The translations under genes were made by a program, and so were the position numbers. From positions 506,760-568,421 of the forward strand of contig ML992502.1 of NCBI GenBank assembly GCA_010093995.1: a DNA stretch of 61,662 nt, read 5' to 3'. A model generated the notes under the pieces. The model worked only from the letters and a program-made list of their open reading frames with translations, was not told the origin of the DNA and did not search any database. Positions 34,840 through 45,634 of the stretch are shown here, in pieces (position 1 is the first letter of the stretch; every line of letters begins with the position of its first letter). The stretch is from Elsinoe ampelina (Eukaryota).

Positions 34840-36138
34840 TCACCTCCGTCCCAAGTCTATATTCAGTACCTCTACCAGGTCTCCGGAAGCACGGCCATCT
34901 TCCGCCTGCAGACCGAAGAATGGTTTGACTGCCACCTCAACCACACCATCGAAGAGTCCGGCGATGAGGTTCTTGAGATCGCCGCCCGTCTGAGCAAAGT
35001 CCGGAAAGGCATTGACCTCTAACAACCATGCATTCCCCGAGTCATCAATGAGATAGTCCAGTCCATAGATCTCAAACGCATTCGGCAAGGGCTGAAAGTG
35101 AATCATCATGCCCTTTGCCGCTGCTTCAAAGAGCTCTCCAGTCGTACTGCAGATTTGCTCGAATGCCTTCTCCTTCCACCCCTTGCCCAGATCACCAGCG
35201 TGATCCGGTAATAACCAGAACTCATGAACACTGCCCTCCCTCTCCCCAGTCTGCAGACACGTATTGGTCAAATGCCCGTTCAGCTCCTCATTAGGATCAT
35301 CCTCCTTCCCAGGCTCACTATACTCCCTTCCAGCAAACAACGCCAACATCCTCCTATACACAAACACCTTCAACGCCCCCACCGCCACCACATACGTCCT
35401 CACATGGAACTTCCTTCCCCTACTTTCAAACCCCTCTCCAAACAAAAGCGGCCGTCCCACATACCTCTGCGCCACAAAATGTCTCATCTGACTCGTCACA
35501 ATCCCCTCATCCTTTTCTCCCCTTACCTTCACCTCCCCATCTCGATCCCCCTCCACCTCCACCTCCCCCTCATCATCACTCTCCGGATCCCACCCCTCAA
35601 AAATCCCCTCCAACTCCCCCATCGTAGAAAACAACCTTATCCCCCCTCCCCGTTCCGCCATCCCCGCCTTGAGAATCCACCACTCCCTCTCCCCCTTCTC
35701 CCTCCCCTCATTGCCCCCCAAGCTCGCCACCAACTCCTCCCCGTCCGCTTCCATGAATGCATCATCCAGAAACTCGGCATAGTCCAGCTCAAACTCGACC
35801 GAGGACTGGACGTGCTGCTGCAGGGATGAGGAAGGGTTTTTGATCACCCAGTTGCGCACCGTGGTGGCGAGGTAGTGTTTCCGTATCAGGGCTTTGCGGT
35901 AGATGTAGGAGTTGATCAGGACGGAGGAGGGGTGGGACGTGGCGTGGGTGAAGGGGAGGAGCTCGTATTGGGTCCAGATGAGGAGGGGGGTGGTGGGGAG
36001 GGAGGATTCGGCGGTGCTGGCGGGGAGAGGGGTGAGGGGGAGGGAGGAGAGGGCGGTGTCCAGGAGGGGTTGGACGTAGGTGTCGGCGTAGGAGATTATG
36101 GCGTGGATTGAGTTGGGTGGGGAGGGAGGGTCTGCCAT
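34840..36138 (-). CDS. Tubulin-tyrosine ligase-family ATP-grasp protein (Pby1-like TTL domain)
   Basis: INSYIYRKALIRKHYL, WILK...GGGIRLF, RKFHVRTYV, HLTNTC, FEIYGLDYL and WLLEVNAFPDF. Confidence 0.92.
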   Translation of the reverse strand: MADPPSPPNSIHAIISYADTYVQPLLDTALSSLPLTPLPASTAESSLPTTPLLIWTQYELLPFTHATSHPSSVLINSYIYRKALIRKHYLATTVRNWVIKNPSSSLQQHVQSSVEFELDYAEFLDDAFMEADGEELVASLGGNEGREKGEREWWILKAGMAERGGGIRLFSTMGELEGIFEGWDPESDDEGEVEVEGDRDGEVKVRGEKDEGIVTSQMRHFVAQRYVGRPLLFGEGFESRGRKFHVRTYVVAVGALKVFVYRRMLALFAGREYSEPGKEDDPNEELNGHLTNTCLQTGEREGSVHEFWLLPDHAGDLGKGWKEKAFEQICSTTGELFEAAAKGMMIHFQPLPNAFEIYGLDYLIDDSGNAWLLEVNAFPDFAQTGGDLKNLIAGLFDGVVEVAVKPFFGLQAEDGRASGDLVEVLNIDLGRR

Positions 36139-37159
36139 GGTGATCGATCTGAGGTGAATGATTCTGCGTTGAGATATGCGGGCGCGGCTGTGATATAAAA
36201 TATCTCTTTGGTAAAGAGCAGGAGTCGACTGTTGGCTCGTTCTTTGGCATCACACCACCTTGAATCAGGTCGGTACAGAATTCGTCATGTTCCTTGAGCC
36301 AAGCTATAAATTCGCAAGAGGGTGTTGGAGCAAGTCAATGCTGATCAGAAAAATAATTCTGATGGAGACGAGACGAGACGAGACAAATTTGCTTGCGGTG
36401 GCGGCGAGTCCCCAAAGTGGTATTTTTTGGTGCGAGAGAATTCAACTTCCTATATTCCCTCGCAACCTTGACATCACGCGGCCGAAAATGCGCTGGGGCT
36501 AGGGCTATGCTGTCATCTAATCAGATAGTCTCCCTGTCGTGCGCTGAATAGCCGCCTTGAATACATCCGTTCTGCCGGGTTCGCATGAGGTGAAGATCAT
36601 GTGAGGCTAATCAAGGAACTCCCCAATAGCAACAGAGCCCGGATGGTGACAGAAATCAGGCAAGAGCCGCTTCTCATTACAGACATGCTGAGTGGCCCCA
36701 CCACTCACAAACACCATCAGTAAGTGTCTTCAATTTCCATGATGATCATAGCCACAAGCGGTGCCTCCACCGGGCATGAGTAGCACAACATACTCGATCG
36801 ACACCGGCCGTGGGATGAACATCAGAGGCATGCTCGCCTGCCTGCAGCCCGGCGGAGATAATGCACACGGCGGAACAGAAACACGGCATGTCCCTTGGCG
36901 AGGGCGGCACGCGCTGGGCAGGCGGCACCTCAGCGAGTTGGCACAAACAGCTTGCGTGGCGGACGAGCGCAAAGAAGGGCGAGAAGGATGGCTTCCAAGC
37001 AGATAAGGCATCTGCTAGACAGGAAGGTGATGATGTCGTATGCCTCCTTAAGATGGGTTAGGGCCCCTCGATTCTATACAGCTGAACCCTCGCCTTAAAG
37101 GGCTCATTCTTGTCCAATTCACACACAATCGCAACCATTCCAGCAGACTACCAGCAACC

Positions 37160-38737
37160 ATGGACGACGAAAAGTCAACTCCTGGAATGGAGAGGCGTGC
37201 ATCATCCCCTGAGAGCCCTGTCAGGCACGAGGATGCAGGCCTGGTCGACAAGCCTGGCATGCCTTGGGGCACACGGCTATGGGGCGACCTCCTGACTCCA
37301 GGTCACGCTCTTCAAATCATCGCTGCAGGTCTGCTGGCTATCGCCATTGGCCTGGCGGTAGTCTTCTCAACGGGCAGCATAACCGACGTTGCACCTGCAC
37401 TGCTTGAAATTCCCGGTAGTTTGTGGTTGAGAGCTCTGCGGGCTACAGGTATGACGGAGAAGATGCTTATATATCGTCAATACTGACACTCTCAAGTCCT
37501 ATCATTGATCATCACTGCCATCATCCTCGCCGTTCAGACTCTCAAAGAGATGGCCAACGGTGGCGCGAAGCTCGCACGCTGGACCATTGGATGGTATCTA
37601 GTGACCACAATCATTGCTATCGTCCACAGCGTTATCGCCGTGTCCCTCGGATGGCGTCGACTTATGCAGACCGCAGACGAGGCTTCTCTCAACGTCGACG
37701 CATCCGACCAAGCGGACATCGAGGAGAACTCCGGCAACGCACCTCACGATATCGTGGTTCAGGTATTCGAGTCCTTCATCCCCAGCAATGTCTTCAATGC
37801 CATGGCCGAAGACGAACTTCTCGCTGTGCTGGTCGCTGCTGTGGTGGTAGGTGCCCTGCTCAAGGGACCAGACTCGTCCATCCTACGTGCCGTCAGGGAG
37901 ATCGAACGACTCATCACCATCATCATCGTATTCCTCATCAAGCTCGCTCCCATCGGTGTCTTCTCACTCATCCTGGCAAATCTGATGACACTCGACCCAG
38001 CTGCCATCGGCATCAACCTTGACGTGCTCATCGGTGCGTCCTTGGTAGTAATGTTCATCCAGCTCTACATTGTCCTACCAGCATTGTTCTTCATCGTCAC
38101 TCGAGAGAATCCGTACGCTTCCTGGATGAAGTGCTCGCCTTCCTGGATCACCGACTGGGGATCAGCTTCATCTGCTGCAACCCTGCCAGTGACCATGAGG
38201 GTGCTTCGGCAGAGAGCCATACCAGAGACGGTCGTCAAATTCACTGCTCCGTTAGGCGCACTGGTCAACATGGACGGGTAAGCCTCTCGATCCTACCAGA
38301 CATTGTCCTACCTCTACTAACACTCGAAAAGGACAGCAATCTACTTTCCTGTCGTCGTCGCCTTCCTCGCCGAAACCCAAGGCATAACCCTCAACACAGG
38401 GCAATACGTCATTGTCTTTCACCTTGCGACTTTGTCATCAATCGCCACCACACCCATTCCCAGCTCATCGCTCATGCTTAAAATCATGATTGCCAATTCT
38501 GTCGACGTCCCCATCACAGGCATGTACGCCGTCGTAGTGGCTATAGACTGGTTCATCGATCGTTTTCGGACCGCAACGAACGTCAGTGGCGATTTGTATG
38601 CCGCCAGAGCGTTGGAAGAAATCACTGGGATCGGCGACGGGGATGACGACCGTGCTGGACTTGTGCAGCCTGATCAAGAAGTATTGGATGATCAGGCGGG
38701 TGCAGAGAAGGGCAGGGCCAGGGACAGCCCAGTCTGA
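37160..38737 (+). CDS. Sodium:dicarboxylate/amino-acid symporter (SDF/DAACS, EAAT-like); introns 37449-37496 and 38278-38331
   Basis: LWLRAL, LAPIGVFSLI, SASSAATLP, NMDGTAIY across intron 2, and DWFIDRFRTATNVSGD; both introns restore the frame. Confidence 0.92.
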
Positions 38738-39505
38738 TAGATATACATGCGCAGAACGTTGAAGAGATGGCCCAAGCAAGATGCGACGCAAGCGTAATGA
38801 TATGAAGTGAATGCATGTTGAAGACCTACCTTTGCAACTGTGGATAGGTCCATGACTGGTTTGTCTAGTAGCCGATCATGAGATGGTTTTGGATAGATTT
38901 GAAGGACGTTGGCTGGGATTTGTCGAGGAGGAAGCATTGTCCAGATCTACCTATGCATAGTAGAGCGTGGCATCGCTGACTACCAGCATTGCACATGAAC
39001 CAGACCAAAAAGGATTGAAGCTGCCAAAATCTGACAGACCATTCTAACCTCTGCTTGGTTGTGTGCCACGCTCCTCCGCTCTCCTGTGAGAGCTTACGAC
39101 ACAATGTCGGCTCCAATCAAGATGCTCGCAGAATCGTAAGATCTAGTTGATGAAGTTGCGTCAATGCCACATGTGCGAAGTGTGGAAGTTGTTTGCGCCA
39201 TGTGTTTGGATTGCTAAATGCTTGTGATTTTGGCAGGTTCCCATCGTTGTTGGCGGAACGCCACATTTCAATCCCGACAGCAAACGTTTGGTGCCTGCGT
39301 CACAGCAATCATCCTTCTTACATCCTTTACAGCAATAACACTCTCCGCAATCTTCGCTCTCACCTACAACTCTTCGCACTCACTTTGAGATACAAATCTT
39401 TTCCCTGATACTACTTCTCGTCCCGCACCCTCTCCGACCCCACTCTAGTCCACCATCGCCTTGCGACCACAGCCTGGTAGCCAACCACCACAACATCCTC
39501 CCAGC

Positions 39506-40330
39506 ATGGCCACCCGCGGCGCCCACAAGCGCCTAGCGCGAGAGTACCAGAACATCTCCGCCAACCCACCACCATACATCACCGCCCACCCCTCCGAATC
39601 CAACATCCTAGAATGGCACTACATCCTCACCGGGCCCCCCGGCACCCCCTACGCCGGCGGCCAATACTGGGGCACCCTCACCTTCCCAGCAGACTACCCC
39701 TTCGCCCCGCCCGCGATCCGCATGCACACACCCTCGGGCCGCTTCCAACCCTCCACCCGCCTCTGCCTCTCCATCTCCGACTTCCACCCCAAATCCTTCA
39801 ACCCGGCCTGGGAAGTCAGCACCATCCTCCTCGGACTACAGAGCTTCATGACGGGCGAAGAAATGACGACGGGCTCGTTGGCGGCCTCAGAAACGGAGAG
39901 GAAAATGTTCGCCCAGCGCTCGAAATGGTGGAACAGCACGGGCGGCGGCAGCAGCGCCAGGCAGATACCGGGGGTGAGCCAGACGGGGAGTAATGGTCGG
40001 GGCAACGGGGCGATCAAAGCCGGCGATGGAGGGAAGAGGTTCAAAGAGGAGTGGGCGGAACTGGACGAGGAGAATTGGAAGTGGATGGAGGCGAACAAGA
40101 TCGATCCCGCGACGGGCAAGAGTGTGGTGCAGAACAACTGTTCGCCGGAAACGGCGGCGTTGGGGAGGCGGCCGCAGGGGAGCGGGACGGGGGTTGGGGC
40201 GGTGGTGCAGGGTGGGCAGGTCGTGAGGGAGGAGGCGCAGGGGTGGGTGGGGAGGTATAAGTGGCATGTGGTGTTTGTTGGGGTGTTTACGTATGTGGTG
40301 CTGGCGAGGATATTGGGCGAGGCGAAGTAG
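39506..40330 (+). CDS. UBC6: ER tail-anchored ubiquitin-conjugating enzyme E2
   Basis: MATRGAHKRLAREY, TPSGRFQPSTRLCLSISDFHPKSFNPAW and a C-terminal TM anchor. Confidence 0.96.
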   Translation: MATRGAHKRLAREYQNISANPPPYITAHPSESNILEWHYILTGPPGTPYAGGQYWGTLTFPADYPFAPPAIRMHTPSGRFQPSTRLCLSISDFHPKSFNPAWEVSTILLGLQSFMTGEEMTTGSLAASETERKMFAQRSKWWNSTGGGSSARQIPGVSQTGSNGRGNGAIKAGDGGKRFKEEWAELDEENWKWMEANKIDPATGKSVVQNNCSPETAALGRRPQGSGTGVGAVVQGGQVVREEAQGWVGRYKWHVVFVGVFTYVVLARILGEAK

Positions 40331-40889
40331 CGGGGTGGCGGCTGGTAGGATGTGATTTTAGCCAGCGAAGGCGTTTGGGAAAGCATGCTGGGATAGGGTA
40401 GTGACACGCGAACCGCATAGCATTGATAGCACGATAGGATTCGTTACGAGTACGCTGCTTGTAAATTATCATGGGTAGACCTGGATAACTACCAGGCATT
40501 CAAGGCACTGTATGAGATCTGGCACCGTGATGGCAGCACAATGTTGTCAACTCCGTGCTACAACAAAGGGTCCTACCACTTGTGCTGAGGGTCAGCCTGA
40601 GTGGACCATCACTAGCAATGCAAGCCACGATCTCTGCGATCGCAGACATTGTTTGCAGCACCAATCACTTTATCCCGCACATGGCATCACATAGCAGCGG
40701 CGGAAATCGACCCTGACATTCCACTGGACTACCTCTTTCCGATCCACACAACAGAGAATTGTGATGAATTGTATTCGTAAATCTGAATACGCAGACCAGG
40801 CGTATCGAATCGCCGTTCTGCCCGAAGTATGTCCCTCTCTCCGTCCCAGGGTCTCCTTCCTTCATCCCCCATCGTCTTCCCGCACACAT

Positions 40890-41453
<564 letters not shown>

Positions 41454-41744
41454 GTTGGATAGTTGTGTGGTGACAGTGACCTTGGATGAGCTGGCGCGAA
41501 ATGAAGCCGAAGTGCGATGTTGGATTTGAAGGGCAAAATTCCTGGTGCGGTTTAGCCGGATTTTCGCCGGCGCATGGGCCCGCATCTTGGCATGAAAAAC
41601 CTCCTCCTCTCTTCGTCGACCTTTACAACAACATTCTTCCATTCCATTCTCTGCTTGTTAAGTGTCTGGTCCGTTCAACCTCGATATTGACATGTAGCTT
41701 CGATACAGTTGCTTATACGCCGTACATCGCAAAGAGTAGCCACC

Positions 41745-43598
41745 ATGGGAGAAGCTGTGGTCGGCCTCATCGGCATGGGCGATATGGGCAAGATGTATGC
41801 CCGGCGCCTAAGTGATGCAGGGTGGAGGTGAGACAGCCCTCTTTGTCAACAGGAACTGTCTCCATACTATTGGTGAGTCTACCTTCTCCGTTCAGCTTCA
41901 CCGCCCCCAGCACCTGATGACTTGAGTGCATTTGGCTCGAGTATGGTCTGCTCGGTTCTATCACCGTTTCGGTGGTATAACCGGGCAGACTGTCACTGAT
42001 GTAACTTCTCAGCTACCTTACTTTCTTTCGTCTGACAGCTTCCTTCGAGCCACATGTTCATCCGCATACTTCGGAATGAACCTGTGCTAACAAGCTCTAC
42101 AGATTTCAACCGCGTCAATCTTGCTCCATTGCTGATGATTGATTGTAGAATACATGCCTGTGACATGCCAAACAAGTACGATAGCCTCGTAGAAGAGTTC
42201 AAGGGTAGGGTACGAGTCACCTCCCTGTACCTAGTTCTTCCATAGCACAGACCTGGCTGAGTAGCTCTCCAGGAGAATGTACAAATCATGAAAAATGGCC
42301 ACCTCGTCTCCCGCAGCAGTGACTACATCATCTACTCCGTCGAAGCCGAGAACATCGACCGCGTCGTCGCCCTCTACGGCCCATGTCAGCCCCTCTGTCC
42401 TCTCCTCATCGAGCCCCCACTAACCTCCCCCAGCAACCAAACTCTCCGCCATCGTCGGCGGCCAAACCTCCTGCAAAGCCCCCGAAATCTCCGCCTTCGA
42501 ACGACACCTCCCCCCGGACACCTCCATCATCAGCATCCACTCGCTGCACGGGCCCGGCGTCTCCCCCGTAAACCAACCCCTCGTCTTCATCCCGCACCGC
42601 TCCACCCCCCAATCCCTCTCCCTCGTGCAATCCATCTTCTCCTCTTTCCACAGCAAAACCGTCACTTTATCCGCCGAGCAACACGACCGCATCACAGCCG
42701 ACACCCAAGCCGTGACCCACGCCGCCTTCCTCTCCATGGGCGCCGCATGGGCCGCGAACAACCAGTTCCCGTGGGAAATCGCGCGCTACGTCGGCGGCAT
42801 CGAGAACGTCAAGATCAACATCACCTTGCGGATATACAGCAACAAGTGGCATGTGTATGCCGGGTTGGCGATACTCAATCCGTCGGCCAAGAGGCAGATT
42901 AGGCAGTACGCCGAGAGCGTCACGGAGTTGTTCAAGTTGATGTTGGCGGGGGATCGGGAGGGGTTGAGGGGACGGATATGGGAGGCGGGGAAGGCGGTGT
43001 TTGGGACGGTTGGGGAGGGGAAGAAGGAGGGTGGGTTGTTGTTGGAGGATGAGTTGTTGGATCGGTTTAGTCTTGGGACGAAGCCGGAGACGAAGGTGAG
43101 GAATAATCATTTGAGTTTGTTGGCCATGGTGGATTGTTGGTGGAAGTTGGGGATTGTGCCGTATGATCATATGATTTGTTCGACGCCGGTGAGTGGATTG
43201 AGGTGGTATGGAGGGATCTTGCTGATGAGGGATAGCTGTTTCGATTGTGGTTGGGGATCACGGAGTACTTGTTTCGGGACAAGGCGTTGTTGGAGGAGGT
43301 GGTGGAGACCGCGATCGAGGATAACACGTTCAGGGCTGATGATTTGGAGTTTACATTCGCCGCTAGGGTAAGTGGAGATACTTCGTCAAGTCGTAGAGGT
43401 ATATGTACAGGATCCGTGACTGACCTCTGCTAGGATTGGAGCGATAGAGTCAGCTTTGGGAATATGGACGGGTATAGAGAGAAGTTTGAGAGCATCCAGA
43501 GCTACTTTGCGCCTCGATTCCCAGAGGCCACAAAGCTAGGCAACCAGATGATCAATACCATCGAAGAAAACCTCAAAGCAAGAGGGAAGGCCTCGTAA
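41745..43598 (+). CDS. TYR1: Prephenate dehydrogenase; exons 41745-41827, 42149-42209, 42273-42384, 42434-43188, 43236-43367, 43434-43598
   Basis: GLIGMGDMGKMYA Rossmann motif, IVGGQTSCKAPE, HSLHGP, HDRITADTQAVTHAAF and NKWHVYAGLA; all five introns are phase-consistent. Confidence 0.95.
41910..42040 (+). ncRNA. snR13: Box C/D snoRNA, snR13-like, intronic in TYR1
   Basis: Box C TGATGA (41915), guide GCATTTGGCT with atypical D' TCGA, G:U-containing hairpin 41940-41997, second antisense GCTACCTTA (42012) and box D CTGA (42032). Both antisense tracts complement LSU rRNA UAAGGUAGCCAAAUGC. The layout matches yeast snR13 as I recall it; not database-checked. Confidence 0.88.
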
Positions 43599-44039
43599 TC
43601 ATGATTTAGGGGAGGACCAGACTTCAAGAGGTGAGATGCTCGAAAGCCTCATAAATCCTTCATCGCAGGTTGTTTTTCGAACATGGGTGGTAGGTTGTGG
43701 TGGGAAATGTGGAGCAACGAGCTTCAGTAGAGCTCTCTTGTCCGCCGGCCACTTAGACTGCACCAATCGCACTAGACAAGGTCAGCTTTGTCCTTCAGAA
43801 TACAATACACGCCTCGCTCACCTCAAATGCGTTTGTTCCCCTATTATCGACAATACAGTATTCCTGCCCGCACTGTCTGCACTTTCTGATGTACCTCGTC
43901 TTGCACTCTGCACAAGTCCGACCACAACCAAAGCAGTCTCTGTGCACTCCGACCTGCTTGAAAAGTCAGTCTACGTCGAGAAGTGTGATACCAGTCAAGG
44001 ATACAGCCGTGGGGCATACATCTCCGTTTCCGGGGATAA

Positions 44040-45341
44040 TCATCCCCACATGCCATCTACGACAGCAAGTATCTCGCTTCGCAGGCAAGTCTCAACGCAA
44101 ACATTGAAGTATACCTTTACGTCATCGCCACGTTCCCTTTCAAACGCGACTGGGTGACCGGAATCGCTCGCCCTCCTCGCTATTGGCTGAGATGCCGCGC
44201 GTGATACCGGTTCGGAGTAGCAGCTCTCGCACCACCATTTGTTGCACCTTTCGCACCATCTGCCCCGCAAGCATTCCTCGCATCGGAGGATGAGTCTCGG
44301 GTATGATCTGGCCCCTGCCTCGTTCATTCGTGATTGTGGTTGTTGAGCGGCCTTGACAGTCGCTGCGTGGAGCGGAGGTGGAGCAAGGAGTGGTAAAGCG
44401 CTCTCGCGATCCCGGCCGAAGATTGCAGGCTCTTCGGGGCAAGTGCCACAAGTCTCGCAACCCGCAGGTCCTAGAGCTACAGTAGCGACAGTAGGCGGCA
44501 GATAATCCTTACCAGCTCGTGGATCATGCCTTGGACCTCGACATAGTACTGCATCGAAGGATATGATGTCGGCACATGCATTCATCGTCTCTGCCCACGC
44601 CGAGATTGGTGGTCGGACAACTCGTCCCATAGACCGGTACCATCGATCTTCTGGTAGTCCCAGACTGATGGTGTCCGGTTTCGTCGGTACTTCCCCTCCA
44701 ATCTGGGCTCCCTCGCTCATAGTCACACCCTGTCCACCTGGCATGTCGGATTGTTGATGGCTCTCCATGCTCGTGGTGGCAGCGGTAGAATCCTTGGGGC
44801 CAAAGATATATAGGCCTTTGAGTTTAGGTGTCCCATCTCGTCTACCTGGTCGCACAGCATATTGAAGCACCTGACACAACTTCCTCTCATTGAGATGCTC
44901 GCACTTTCGCAGGCTCAATAACTTGACGTTGAACCTGTCCTCGCTGATGATTTCCCTAACGAGTTCGGCAGGCACGCTCAGTCCATCCAACATCAGAACT
45001 TGAACAAAGTGAAGTATGTTCAGGCTCGGCCTAGCAAGTTTGCTGAAGATTCCACGGAGTGGTCCACAATAGAATTCGTCTTCGGTAAGTGACTCGTCCA
45101 TGCGTTCAGCTCGGAAAGATTGGCCACCCTTATCAATAGGTGATACGTCCAGGATGGCAGATCGGACGGTCCGCAGATCCAGATAGGAACATGCTTCTTG
45201 CGATGTGGTGATCAGACTGCGGAATTCCTTCGAGGTTGACGCTAACGATAAGAGCGAGGATGGATTGAGGTAAGGTGCAGTCTGTCGCAAGACTAATGAT
45301 GTAGAGAGCAAATCCAGGAGTGCTGGTGGCAGGTCTGCCAT
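44040..45341 (-). CDS. Conserved fungal protein with N-terminal F-box-like motif and Cys-rich C-terminus
   Basis: 433-aa ORF: LLDLLSTSLVLRQTAPYL...LLSLASTSKEFR, LMLDGLSVP, CEECLRGRWCERCNKWWCESC. Confidence 0.75.
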   Translation of the reverse strand: MADLPPALLDLLSTSLVLRQTAPYLNPSSLLSLASTSKEFRSLITTSQEACSYLDLRTVRSAILDVSPIDKGGQSFRAERMDESLTEDEFYCGPLRGIFSKLARPSLNILHFVQVLMLDGLSVPAELVREIISEDRFNVKLLSLRKCEHLNERKLCQVLQYAVRPGRRDGTPKLKGLYIFGPKDSTAATTSMESHQQSDMPGGQGVTMSEGAQIGGEVPTKPDTISLGLPEDRWYRSMGRVVRPPISAWAETMNACADIISFDAVLCRGPRHDPRAGKDYLPPTVATVALGPAGCETCGTCPEEPAIFGRDRESALPLLAPPPLHAATVKAAQQPQSRMNEAGARSYPRLILRCEECLRGRWCERCNKWWCESCYSEPVSRAASQPIARRASDSGHPVAFERERGDDVKVYFNVCVETCLRSEILAVVDGMWG

Positions 45342-45634
45342 ATTGATGCTGGGTGGAATCGACTCAGAAGATACAGGCGCTCAGGACATAAGAGATGTCA
45401 ACGGGCTAATGCAATGCGTCATGCTGATGATCTAGACTGGTGATGGTTTATCGCGCTCATCATTCTAGAGATACTCATTGATCTGGCTTGAGGAGACCCA
45501 TCCGCGTGAGAACCTGGCGTAAGTAATTGAGCGGCGTCTTCGAACGGCATCATTCCAAGGGCAAGGGAGCAATTGTGATATTGGCTGAATTGCTCGCCGC
45601 CACGTGACCTGTCTCCGATGTCAACCGAGGTATA

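Noticed and set aside
41873..42102. Riboswitch-like splicing regulator in TYR1 intron 1
   Set aside because: No TPP aptamer consensus; the structure is better explained by C/D boxes and rRNA-antisense tracts of a snoRNA.
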